Origin: Octopus sinensis
Lineage: Eukaryota
NCBI RefSeq assembly: GCF_006345805.1
Contig: NW_021825317.1
Location: 1 to 15,838, forward strand
Direction of reading: 5' to 3'
Length of the DNA: 15,838 bases
The notes beneath the pieces are model-generated. The model ran no database searches. It was not told where the DNA came from and saw only the letters and a program-made list of their open reading frames with translations. The stretch's first letter is position 1; each line of letters begins with the position of its first letter. Positions 1-8,408 of the stretch are shown here, in pieces. The translations under genes were made by a program, and so were the position numbers.

Positions 1-340
1 TACACAAAAAGCATAAAATTCATCATATACTCGCTAAAAACTAACACACACTAGAAACACACAACGAAACAAAGAAGCAACTGCACATGAAATATGGCTT
101 TCCATTGCATGGAAATTACTTACAAACAAACGTAATCTATAAAACAACACTTTCACAGGAAGGACGCATAATAATAAAAGATAGGCATTCTAGTGGAAAC
201 TTTGAAGACTGATACACACAACATATATTACATTCTGTGCTATATACAAAAGGAACGCAACATCCCTGTCCAAACACTTCTGGGACATAAAGGAAAGCAA
301 TACCACCGCAAACATAAAATGGGAAGTTATAGACGGATCA
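1..340 (+). pseudogene. Decayed Penelope-like retroelement, GIY-YIG endonuclease region (frameshifts and stops)
   Basis: Manual translation gives collinear pieces in three frames. Frame 1 (1-87): YTKSIKFIIYS...SNC. Frame 3 (99-143): FPLHGNYLQTNVIYK. 181-189: IGI, then GNF/KT/YTQH. Frame 2 (239-340): AIYKRNATSLSKHFWDIKESNTTANIKWEVIDGS. The order matches the PLE pattern as I recall it: CNC..CPL.G.CL..NVIY...YIG...FK.RY..H....TxLSK.IW.LK......I.W.I. Confidence 0.75.
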
Positions 341-409
341 CTTCATATTGTGTGTACATAAAAGAACAAGAACACGAACAGGCAGACAAAAAGTATCATG
401 TCTCTTTTC

Positions 410-602
410 TCTTTTACTTGTTTTAGTCATTTGACTGCGGCCATGCTGGAGCACCGCCTTTAGTCGAGCAAATCGACCCCAGGACTTATTCTTTGTAAGC
501 CCAGTACTTATTCTATCGGTCACTTTTGCCGAACCGCTAAGTTATGGGGGAAATAAACACACCAGCATCGGTTGTCAAGCAATGCTAGAGGGACAAACAC
601 AG

Positions 603-653
<51 letters not shown>

Positions 654-818
654 TACGACGGGCTTCTGTCAGTTTCCGTCTACCAAATCCACTCACAAGG
701 CTTTGGTCGGCCCGAGGCTATAGTAGAAGACACTTGCCCAAGGTGTCACGCAGTGGGACTGAACCCGGAACCATGTGGTTGGTAAGCAAGCTACTTACCA
801 CACAGCCACTCCTGCGCC
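410..818 (-). mobile_element. Full-length tRNA-derived SINE (family A, CORE-like) with internal microsatellite
   Basis: 16-bp TSD TATCATGTCTCTTTTC at 394-409 and 819-834. On the minus strand: A-box-like GTGGCTGTGTGGT, B-box-like GGTTCAGTCC (756-765), CORE-like CCTTGGGCAAGTG (731-743), internal (AT)n(GT)n and the 3' tail GGCGGTGCTCCAGCATGGCCGCAG. Related copies at 2141-2252 and 14998-15270. Confidence 0.9.
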
Positions 819-908
819 TATCATGTCTCTTTTCAGTAACTGCATGTTCATGCTTTCTTCTCTGCTACATGTTTCCGTGCTCAGTTCCATTGCATGGTAA
901 CTTGGGAA

Positions 909-1328
909 GGCGGCGAGCTGGCAGAATCGTTAGCACGCAGGGCGAAATGCTTACCGGTATTTCGTCTGTCGCTACGTTCTGAGTTCAAATTCCGCCGAGG
1001 TCGACTTTGCCTTTCATCCTTTCGGGGTTGATAAATTAAGTACCAGTTACGCACTGGGATCGATGAAATCGACTTAATCCCTTGGTCTGTCCTTGTTTGT
1101 CCCCTTTATGTTTAGCCCCTTGTGGGTAATAAAGAAATAGGTATTTCGTCTGCCGTTACGTTCTGAGTTCAAGTTTCACCGAGGTCGACTTTGCCTTTCA
1201 TTCTTTCGGGGTCGATAAATTAAGTACCAGTTACGCACTGGAGTCGATGTAATCGACTTAATCTGTTTGTCTGTCCTTGTTTGTCTCATCTGTGTTTAGC
1301 CCCTTGAGGGTAGTAAAGAAATAGGTAT
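909..1328 (+). mobile_element. tRNA-derived SINE (family B) with a tandem second copy of its 184-bp body
   Basis: Head GGCGGCGAGCTGGCAGAATCG at 909 and B-box GAGTTCAAATTCC. Units start with GGTAT at 956 and 1140, and a third GGTAT lies at 1324 (period 184). The monomer form is at 12487-12717. Confidence 0.9.
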
Positions 1329-1344
1329 ATGCTATTATAAACCC

Positions 1345-1388
1345 GATCGACCAAAATCTCTGTGAGTGGATTTGGCAGACGGAAACTG
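1345..1388 (+). mobile_element. Short internal fragment of SINE family A
   Basis: TGTGAGTGGATTTGGCAGACGGAAACTG matches TGTGAGTGGATTTGGTAGACGGAAACTG at ~15105-15132. Confidence 0.7.
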
Positions 1389-1390
1389 TC

Positions 1391-1687
1391 GCATAGCATA
1401 TTAGTTAAGGTGTTACACTGACGATCGCGAGATCCTGGTTTCAATTCATAGACCAAGTAGTGCGTTGTGTTCTTGAGAAAAACACTTCATCTCACGTTGT
1501 TCTGCGATAACTTCGACACCTGACGCGTGGCACTCCGTACACCTGTTCGGGCAGCATCGATTTAATGGAGCGAGTGAGCTAATGCACAACACATGTATTT
1601 GATCGCTAAAAACAAATCATTTGTGCAGGTCGTACGGCAGAAAAAGCTGAACGCTCATACGTCGTATTCGACGGTAGAGTCTATCAT

Positions 1688-1690
<3 letters not shown>
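1391..1690 (+). mobile_element. Degenerate tRNA-derived SINE (family E)
   Basis: Decayed A-box (TATTAGTTAAGG) and B-box (GGTTTCAATTC). These are followed by GTTGTGTTCTTGAGAAAAACACTTCATCTCAC, resembling the start of CORE/V-type SINE central domains, and an (ATC)n-like end. Single copy in the window. Confidence 0.55.
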
Positions 1691-1725
<35 letters not shown>

Positions 1726-1726
<1 letters not shown>

Positions 1727-2125
1727 TAGCAGTATCGCCCGGCGTTGCTCGGGTTTGTAAGGGAAATAACTATATAAGCAATTTTAGAGAGTTATAGCCA
1801 AAAAAATAGCAAAAAAAATGCATTAAAAATGGAAAAAAAATGATGCTAAATTTCTTTTTAAATCGTTGACTCATCGTAGACATTTTTAGAGAGTTACTCC
1901 CCTTATATAATAGCGAAAAAACGCATTAAAATGGAAAAAAATGATGGTAAATTTTTTTTTAAATCGTAGACTTATCGTAGACGCGCGCTAATACCCAGAA
2001 GGGCTCGATATGAATCACGACTATAAGATACCCGCTTTTGGTTAAACTGCATCGCAAAATGTGGGAGTAGTTAGGAATCTAAATCGTAGGAGACAGACAC
2101 ACAACTTGACTTTTATATATAAAGA
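1726..2125 (-). mobile_element. Non-autonomous Helitron (400 bp) with an internal ~101-bp tandem duplication
   Basis: The minus strand starts TC (2125-2124) after A and ends CTAG (1729-1726) before T, with no TSD. The GC-rich hairpin CCCGAGCAACGCCGGG lies a few nt upstream of CTAG. A second copy is at 12735-13031. Confidence 0.85.
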
Positions 2126-2140
2126 TATGTGTGTGTGTAT

Positions 2141-2252
2141 TCTTTTATTCTTTTACTTGTTTCACTCATTTGACTGCGGCCACACTGGAGCACCGCCTTT
2201 AGTCGAGCAAATCGACCCCAAGACTAATTCTTTATAAGCCTTGCACCAGGCT
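2141..2252 (-). mobile_element. 5'-truncated SINE family A (3' tail only)
   Basis: Closely matches 410-500: TCTTTTACTTGTTT..CATTTGACTGCGGCCA..CTGGAGCACCGCCTTTAGTCGAGCAAATCGACCCCA. Confidence 0.85.
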
Positions 2253-2329
2253 TTTAAATTAAGAACGGAGCGTGGCCTGTTTGTTCGACTAAACTCTTCC
2301 CGGCCGGTGCATCGCCGCTCTTACGCCCC

Positions 2330-2366
<37 letters not shown>

Positions 2367-2375
2367 ACACACACA
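2330..2375. repeat. (AC)n microsatellite
   Basis: Read directly from the sequence. Confidence 0.95.
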
Positions 2376-2549
2376 TCGACAAGCATGCATATATTCATGT
2401 GCACCTAGTCAAATATTGACACTTAAGGCGCACTTGCGTAGACAAATTCGTGTCGCACTCCCCAACCCAGACATGCACGCACAGACAAAACATTTCATTT
2501 CTGCCTACCTCTAACTGCAGCTGTTTCCGGTTGTTGCAAAAGAATTGTG

Positions 2550-2598
<49 letters not shown>

Positions 2599-2714
2599 AT
2601 ACTAATACTACTGCTACTACTACTACTACTACCACCACCACCTCCACCTCCACCACCACCACCACCACCACCACCACCACCACTACACTACTACTACTAC
2701 TACTACTACTACTA
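2550..2714. repeat. Compound (TAC)n-(CAC)n-(TAC)n trinucleotide microsatellite
   Basis: Read directly; it explains the poly-Val ORF 2495-2683. Confidence 0.95.
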
Positions 2715-2797
2715 CAATAGCATTAGCCACAATAATTTTAGCAGTAATTTTAGAAGCAAAAATTATTGTTGTTGACAACGATTCCGGAGATATTGAA

Positions 2798-3162
2798 TTC
2801 ACCTCAATAGACGTCATTGATTGGTTGAAATTGCAGAAATGCAAGAAATTGTAGAACAACTAGCTTACAAACTAAAGAATTTTCTCAAGAAAGCCAAGAG
2901 AAAAAGATGGTTTATAAATACATTCTACCAGTATACGAAGTTTAAAAGTGTTTAGGAATCTTTTCGGTTTGACCGGCAGTTTTTTTAAATAATTTCCACG
3001 TAACTAAACACTTTTAAACTTCGTATACTGGTAGAATGTGTTTGTAAAACATCTTTTTCTCTTGGCTTTATTGAGAAAATTCTATAGTTTGTAAGATATT
3101 TGTTGTTTTTTTTTCTTCCATTTCTGCAATTTCAACCAATCAATGACGTCTACTGGGGTGAA
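2798..3162. repeat. Long imperfect inverted repeat (~158-bp arms, 48-bp spacer)
   Basis: 2798-2955 is the reverse complement of 3004-3162. For example, TAGACGTCATTGATTGGTTGAAATTGCAGAAATG and ACATTCTACCAGTATACGAAGTTTAAAAGTGTTTAG are exact in both arms. Confidence 0.9.
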
Positions 3163-3377
3163 AACATCCTGTGCCGTATGAATATGTCCCTCGTTTAAGA
3201 AACAGATTAGGTTTATTTACATTTCTGAAGAAGAAAAGATACCCTAACCCTAACTAACCCTTCCCCTACCCCTAACCCAGATTGAAATGCAATAGATCGA
3301 TACTAGGGTCATAATTATGGGTGGCAATTTCATATGACACCGCTAGAAAAATCTGCCGGTCAAAGCGAAAAGATTCC
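2955..3377. mobile_element. MITE-like element with ~31-bp TIRs and internal telomere-like CCCTAA repeats
   Basis: The left end GGAATCTTTTCGGTTTGACCGGCAGTTTTT (from 2955) is the reverse complement of the right end AAAAATCTGCCGGTCAAAGCGAAAAGATTCC (3347-3377), apart from one mismatch and one indel. CCCTAACCCTAA lies at 3242-3253. The left flank is TA and the right flank GA, so a TSD is not confirmed. Confidence 0.7.
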
Positions 3378-3622
3378 GAGCAAGACCCAGCCCGTCTGAG
3401 CCGATATTGAGAACAAAAAACATCTATGTGTTTGCATGTGTGTGTGTGTGTTTGTGTCTGTGTGTCTGTGCGCGCGCGGAAATGCGTATGCGCACGCGCA
3501 CGTGTTACACGGGATATATGAGAAAAAGAAAAGAACAAAGGAGCGAAGCGGCAAGGAACTTTTTGAGGTGGGGGTAGGGTACGTAAAGCCGTTCTACTTG
3601 TCTTACTAGGTGTCCTCTTTAT

Positions 3623-4012
3623 CGTGGAAGCACAATGGCCCAGTGGTTAGGGCAGCGGACTCGCGGTCATAGGATCGCGGTTTCGATTCCCAGACCGGGC
3701 GTTGTGAGTGTTTATTGAACGAAAACACCTAAAGCTCCACGAGGCTCTGGCAGGGGGGGGGATCCCTGCTGTACTCTTTCACCACAACTTTCTCTCACAC
3801 TTACTTCCTGTTTCTGTTGTACCTGTATTTCAAAGGGCCGGCTTTGTCACTCTCTGTGTCACGCTAAATATCATCGAGAACTACGTTAAGGGTGCACGTG
3901 TCTGTGGAGTGCTCAGCCACTTACACGTTAATTTCACGAGCAGGCTGTTCCGTTGATTCGGATCAACCGGAACCCCCATCGTCGTAACCGGCGGAGTGTT
4001 TCCAGTGCTTCC
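3623..4012 (+). mobile_element. Full-length tRNA-derived SINE (family C)
   Basis: 18-bp TSD ACTAGGTGTCCTCTTTAT at 3605-3622 and 4013-4030. A-box TGGCCCAGTGG (3636-3646), B-box GGTTTCGATTCC (3679-3690) and an AGTGYTTCC x2 tail. A second full copy is at 7927-8313. Confidence 0.92.
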
Positions 4013-4284
4013 ACTAGGTGTCCTCTTTATAAGCAAAATTTGCAAACAAACATTTGAATTCAAAACATCACCAACTCGGGTGTTCTTAAGTAATATACTG
4101 AATAACGGCTTTATTTAATGCTTCACCAATTTTAAACATATTCACTACAGTCTCCACATTTCCTTCACATGCAGTTTCACATCAGTAGAGAATAAATACT
4201 GTTATTTTCTTGTCAATAGCTCCACTAAGTTTCTTCTAAGAGCACAAATAGTTTTTCAATTCATAACCACACATATCGTGCATA

Positions 4285-4286
<2 letters not shown>

Positions 4287-4339
<53 letters not shown>

Positions 4340-4355
4340 CTAGATAGATAGATAG
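4287..4355. repeat. (TA)n followed by (GATA)n microsatellite
   Basis: Read directly from the sequence. Confidence 0.95.
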
Positions 4356-4427
4356 ATCGCATGTTGATTCGCTAGCCTCTGCACGCATATTTTTTTCTCT
4401 CCTTCTTTCTGTGTTTTTTCTTGTGTA

Positions 4428-4465
4428 TCTTTCTGTTGAGAGCGTAGGCTGGAAACGTTAAGACC
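4428..4465 (+). ncRNA. Degenerate minimal hammerhead-like motif (family D, left arm)
   Basis: TCTTT-CTGTTGA-GAGC-GTAG-GCTG-GAAA-CGT-T-AAGAC. The stem II closing pair is broken (G.G) and stem I is imperfect, so this copy is probably inactive. Confidence 0.4.
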
Positions 4466-4717
4466 TGTTTTATTTATATTTCCTGAGCGCCATACTAATA
4501 CAATTGTTTGTTTGTATTCCACCTGCCTTCATCTTTGTTTAGTTCCGTAAAACTGCCTTCGTCTGTTTGGCTATTTCATAAAGCTTCCCGTTATATTATT
4601 ATATAGATATATATATATTATAACGGGAAGCTTTATGAAAATAGACAAAGGACGAAGGCAGGTGGAATACAAACAAACAATTGTATTAGTATTCGCTCAG
4701 GAATATAAATAAAACAA

Positions 4718-4756
4718 GTCTTTTACGTTTCGAGCCTACGCTCTTCAACAGAAACA
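4718..4756 (-). ncRNA. Minimal type I hammerhead-like motif (family D, right arm)
   Basis: Minus strand: TGTTT-CTGTTGA-A-GAGC-GTAG-GCTC-GAAA-CGT-A^AAAGAC. Stem II is a perfect 4 bp, stem III is the palindrome ACGT, the cleavage triplet is GUA and stem I is TTT/AAA. The core has U at position 6 instead of the canonical A. Confidence 0.6.
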
Positions 4757-4842
4757 TACACAGAAAAGAAACACAGAAAGAAACAAGAGAGAAAAAAATG
4801 CGTGCAGAGGCTAGCGAATCAACATGGCGATATATATATATA

Positions 4843-5151
4843 TCACGTGATCACGTGAACCGACCAGGCTATCAGATGTTGCTACGCATCGCTGGTCACA
4901 ATGCGCTTCGCATTGTTTTAGCCTTCAAATGAAGCCACCCCAGGCAAGCGAGCAGGCCAACAGAAGAAGAGTGAGAGAAGTTGTGGCGAAGAGGTACAGC
5001 AGGAATTGCCACCACACCGCCTGCCGGAGCCTCGTGGAGCTTTAAGGTGTTTCCGCGCTCAATAAACACTCACAACACCCGGTCTGGGAATCGAAACTGC
5101 GATCCTACGACCGCGAGTTCGCTGCCCTAACCACTGGGCCATTGCGCCTCC
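4843..5151 (-). mobile_element. SINE with the family C tRNA head but a different 3' half (family C2)
   Basis: 5010-5151 matches the head and 5' body of 8170-8313. The rest (...GAAGGCTAAAACAATGCGAAGCGCATTGTGACCAGCG...) is unrelated to family C and ends in (TCACGTGA)2. Confidence 0.8.
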
Positions 5152-5279
5152 ACACACACACACAACACACACCACACACACACCACACAACATCTACATA
5201 CATACATAAATACATAATACCATACATACATTACATACATACATACATACATGCATGCATGCATACATACATACATACA

Positions 5280-5311
<32 letters not shown>

Positions 5312-5398
5312 GACATATATACATACATACATACATACATACATACATACATGCATACATACATACATACATACATACATACATACATACATACATAC

Positions 5399-5429
<31 letters not shown>

Positions 5430-5965
5430 CAGACAGACAGACATATATACATACATACATACATACATACAGACAGACATATATACATACATACATACAT
5501 ACATACATAAATACATACAGACATACATATATACATACATAAATACATACATACATACATACATACATACATACATACATACATGCATGCATACATACAT
5601 ACATACATACATACATACATACATACATACATACATGCATACATACATACATACATACATACATACATACATACATACATACATACATACATACATACAG
5701 ACAGACAGACAGACATATATACATACATACATACATACATACATGCATACATGCATACATACATACATACATACATACATACATGCATACATGCATACAT
5801 ACATACATACATAAATACATACATACATACATACATACATACATACATACATACATGCATGCATGCATACATACATACATACATACATACATACATACAT
5901 ACATACATACAGACAGACAGACATATATACATACATACATACATACATACATACATACATACATG

Positions 5966-5997
<32 letters not shown>

Positions 5998-6247
5998 CAT
6001 ACATACATACATACAAACAGACAGACATATATACATACATACATACATACAGACAGACAGACAGACATATATACATACATACATACATACAGACATACTA
6101 TATACATACATAACTGCCTAATACATACATACATACATGCATGCATGCATGCATACATACATACATACATACACATACATGCATGCATGCATGCATACAT
6201 ACATACATACATACATACATACATAAATACATACATACATACATACA

Positions 6248-6280
<33 letters not shown>

Positions 6281-7013
6281 GCATGCATGCATACATACAT
6301 ACATACATACATACATACATACATACATACATACATACATACAGACAGACATATATACATACATACATACATACATGCATACATACATACATACATACAT
6401 ACATACATACAAACATACATACATACATAAATACATACATACATACATTCATACATACATACAGACAGACATATATACATACATACATACATACAGACCA
6501 GACAGACATATATACATACATACATACACTACATACAGACATACATAATACATACATAAATACATACATACATACATACATACATACATGCATGCATGCT
6601 ACATACATACACATAATACATACATACATACATACATACATGCATGCATACATACATACATACACATACATACATACTCATACAGACAGACATACATACA
6701 TACATACATACATACATACAGACAGACATATATACTACATACATACATACATACATACATATACATACATACATACATACTGCATACATACATACATACA
6801 TAAATACATACATACATACATACATACATACATGCATGCATGCATGCATACATACATACATACATACATACATACATACACACATACATACATACATACA
6901 TACATACAGACAGACATATATACATACATACATACATACATACATGCACACACACACATACCTACATACATACATACATACATACATACATACATACATA
7001 CATGCATGCATAC

Positions 7014-7052
<39 letters not shown>

Positions 7053-7058
7053 TATATA
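5152..7058. repeat. ~1.9-kb compound microsatellite (AC)n-(ACAT)n-(AT)n with GCAT, AGAC and AAAT variants
   Basis: Read directly; it generates all the YVCM / HTYI ORFs. Confidence 0.97.
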
Positions 7059-7327
7059 CGAGGTGCTGTTGAAAGCGCGTTTAAGGGCGTCGCGAAAGTT
7101 CTGCAGACTCAACCATCCGAGTTCTTTTACAAGGCTTAGAAAAATGAAGGACCGCTGCAATAAGAGAGCGAATCTGAGAATATGTTGAGTAAAATCATCA
7201 TTAAATGGCGGTGCCCCAGCATGGCCACAGCTCGTGAGCTGAAACTAGATAAAATAAAATAAAATAAAAACTGATCCTCCTGTATATTTTTTTTACCCAA
7301 ATCCAGGAACTTTTCAGCAACTCCACG
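7059..7327 (+). mobile_element. Internally deleted Tc1/mariner element with a transposase C-terminal remnant
   Basis: TA at 7057-7058 and 7328-7329. Imperfect TIRs: CGAGGTGCTGTTGAAA versus the reverse complement of the right end, CGTGGAGTTGCTGAAAAG. With frameshifts, 7110-7192 reads QPSEFFY/GLEK/KDRCNKRANL/EYVE*, like mariner C-termini (..F...GI.KL..RW.KC....G.YVE*). Confidence 0.8.
7203..7269 (+). mobile_element. Severely 5'-truncated retroposon 3' tail inserted in the mariner
   Basis: GGCGGTGCCCCAGCATGGCCACAGCTCGTGAGCTGAAACTAG plus (TAAAA)n. It is nearly identical to 9308-9372 and related to the family A SINE tail. Confidence 0.75.
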
Positions 7328-7457
7328 TACATAGATATAGTTAAAAATATAAACATATACATCTAATTTCTCACATGTATACACACATCATGCACACATA
7401 CATATAAATATATATGAATGTGCATATGTATATGTTTATGTATGCATATGTATATGT

Positions 7458-7500
<43 letters not shown>

Positions 7501-7845
7501 ATGTGTGTGTGTGTGTGTGTGTTCCTTGTCTATCTACTTATTCTCTTGATAATTTTGGATAAAAAGAAAATTATACAAATGAGTCCTTCGAATTTAAGTA
7601 AATTCTATATTTTTATGCAGCTGAAGATTGCTCTACATTTTAAATTGACGTAATGATTGCATTATTCAATTAAATGGAGTCGCATGAAACAATCGTACTC
7701 CATTACCTCTGGATATCCTTGTTGCTTATTTTGATTATAATCGCATTATTTTAAATTATATGGATAATACCATACTATATTCTGGTGCCTTTAACTTAAG
7801 TACCATATTCAACTGAATCTAAATTTTACTGAACTTATATATATA

Positions 7846-8343
7846 TACACACCAAGAATAATATTTGTCTCTTCTCTTATTATAGAAACAAAAGGGTTTA
7901 TAGGACTGCAAAAGAAGTGCTCAAATGAAGGAAGCACTCCGTCGGCCACGACGACGATGGTTCCGGTTGATCCGAATCAACGGAACAGCCTGCTCATGAA
8001 ATTAACGTGTAAGTGGCTGAGCACTCCACAGACACGTGTACCCTTAACGTAGTTCTCGGGGATATTCAGCGTGACACAGAGAGTGACAAGGCCGGCCCTT
8101 TGAAATACAGGTACAACAGAAACAGGAATTAAGAGTGAGAGAAAGTTGTGGTGAAAGAGTACAGCAGGGATCACCACCATCCCTGCTAGAGCCTTGTGGA
8201 GCTTTCAGGTGTTTTCGCTCAATAAACACCCACAACGCCCGGTCTGGGAATCGAAACCGCGATCCTATGACCGCGAGTCCGCTGCCCTAACCACTGGGCC
8301 ATTGCGCCTCCACAAGTGCTCAAATATAAATAAACGAGACGAA
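7846..8343 (+). pseudogene. Possible decayed C-terminal end of a Penelope-like ORF, interrupted by the SINE at 7927-8325
   Basis: Removing the SINE and one TSD gives YTPR..(NNICLFS in an adjacent frame)..IETKGFI....KCSNINKRDE. This resembles the PLE post-GIY-YIG pattern Y.P....C.LC..EK..I......LNKR.E. An upstream frame-1 piece (7594-7731) reads LSKFYIFMQLK...YSIKWS...SY. Matches are weak and judged by eye. Confidence 0.4.
7927..8313 (-). mobile_element. Full-length SINE family C
   Basis: 12-bp TSD AAGTGCTCAAAT at 7915-7926 and 8314-8325; collinear with 3623-4012. Confidence 0.92.
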
Positions 8344-8408
8344 GATAAAGAAGCAGTAGTTATAAAACAAACATTAATTTTCATAGAAGTTTTGAACTGT
8401 GCATGGTA

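Larger units (their letters stand above)
4356..4831. mobile_element. Two inverted copies of non-coding repeat family D forming a palindrome around an AT spacer
   Basis: The left arm 4356-4595 is the reverse complement of the right arm 4619-4831 (ATCGC(C)ATGTTGATTCGCTAGCCTCTGCACGCAT ... TCATAAAGCTTCCCGTTATA). The spacer 4596-4618 and both flanks are AT microsatellite. The left arm has an extra ~30-bp internal duplication (CTGCCTTC x2). Confidence 0.85.

Noticed and set aside
909-1328. CRISPR-like or regularly spaced repeats
   Set aside because: The units are contiguous 184-bp tandem copies with no unique spacers and no cas genes, in eukaryotic repeat context.
1418-1445. CTGACGA core-like motif
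   Set aside because: It lies in the tRNA-like head of SINE family E, with no stem II-GAAA following.
3623-3700. tRNA gene-like sequence (A and B boxes, Arg-like anticodon arm)
   Set aside because: It is the head of a SINE with TSDs and several copies, and it lacks a proper acceptor stem; it is not a tRNA gene.
4031-4270. Minus-strand protein-like snippets (e.g. ETACEGNVETVVNMFKIGEALNKAVIQY)
   Set aside because: They are interrupted by stops and contain no recognisable motif, so they cannot be assigned without a search.
5127-7188. Long ORFs up to 514 aa (YVCM / HTYI repeats)
   Set aside because: They are translations of the (ACAT)n microsatellite, which lacks stops in most frames; there is no coding complexity.
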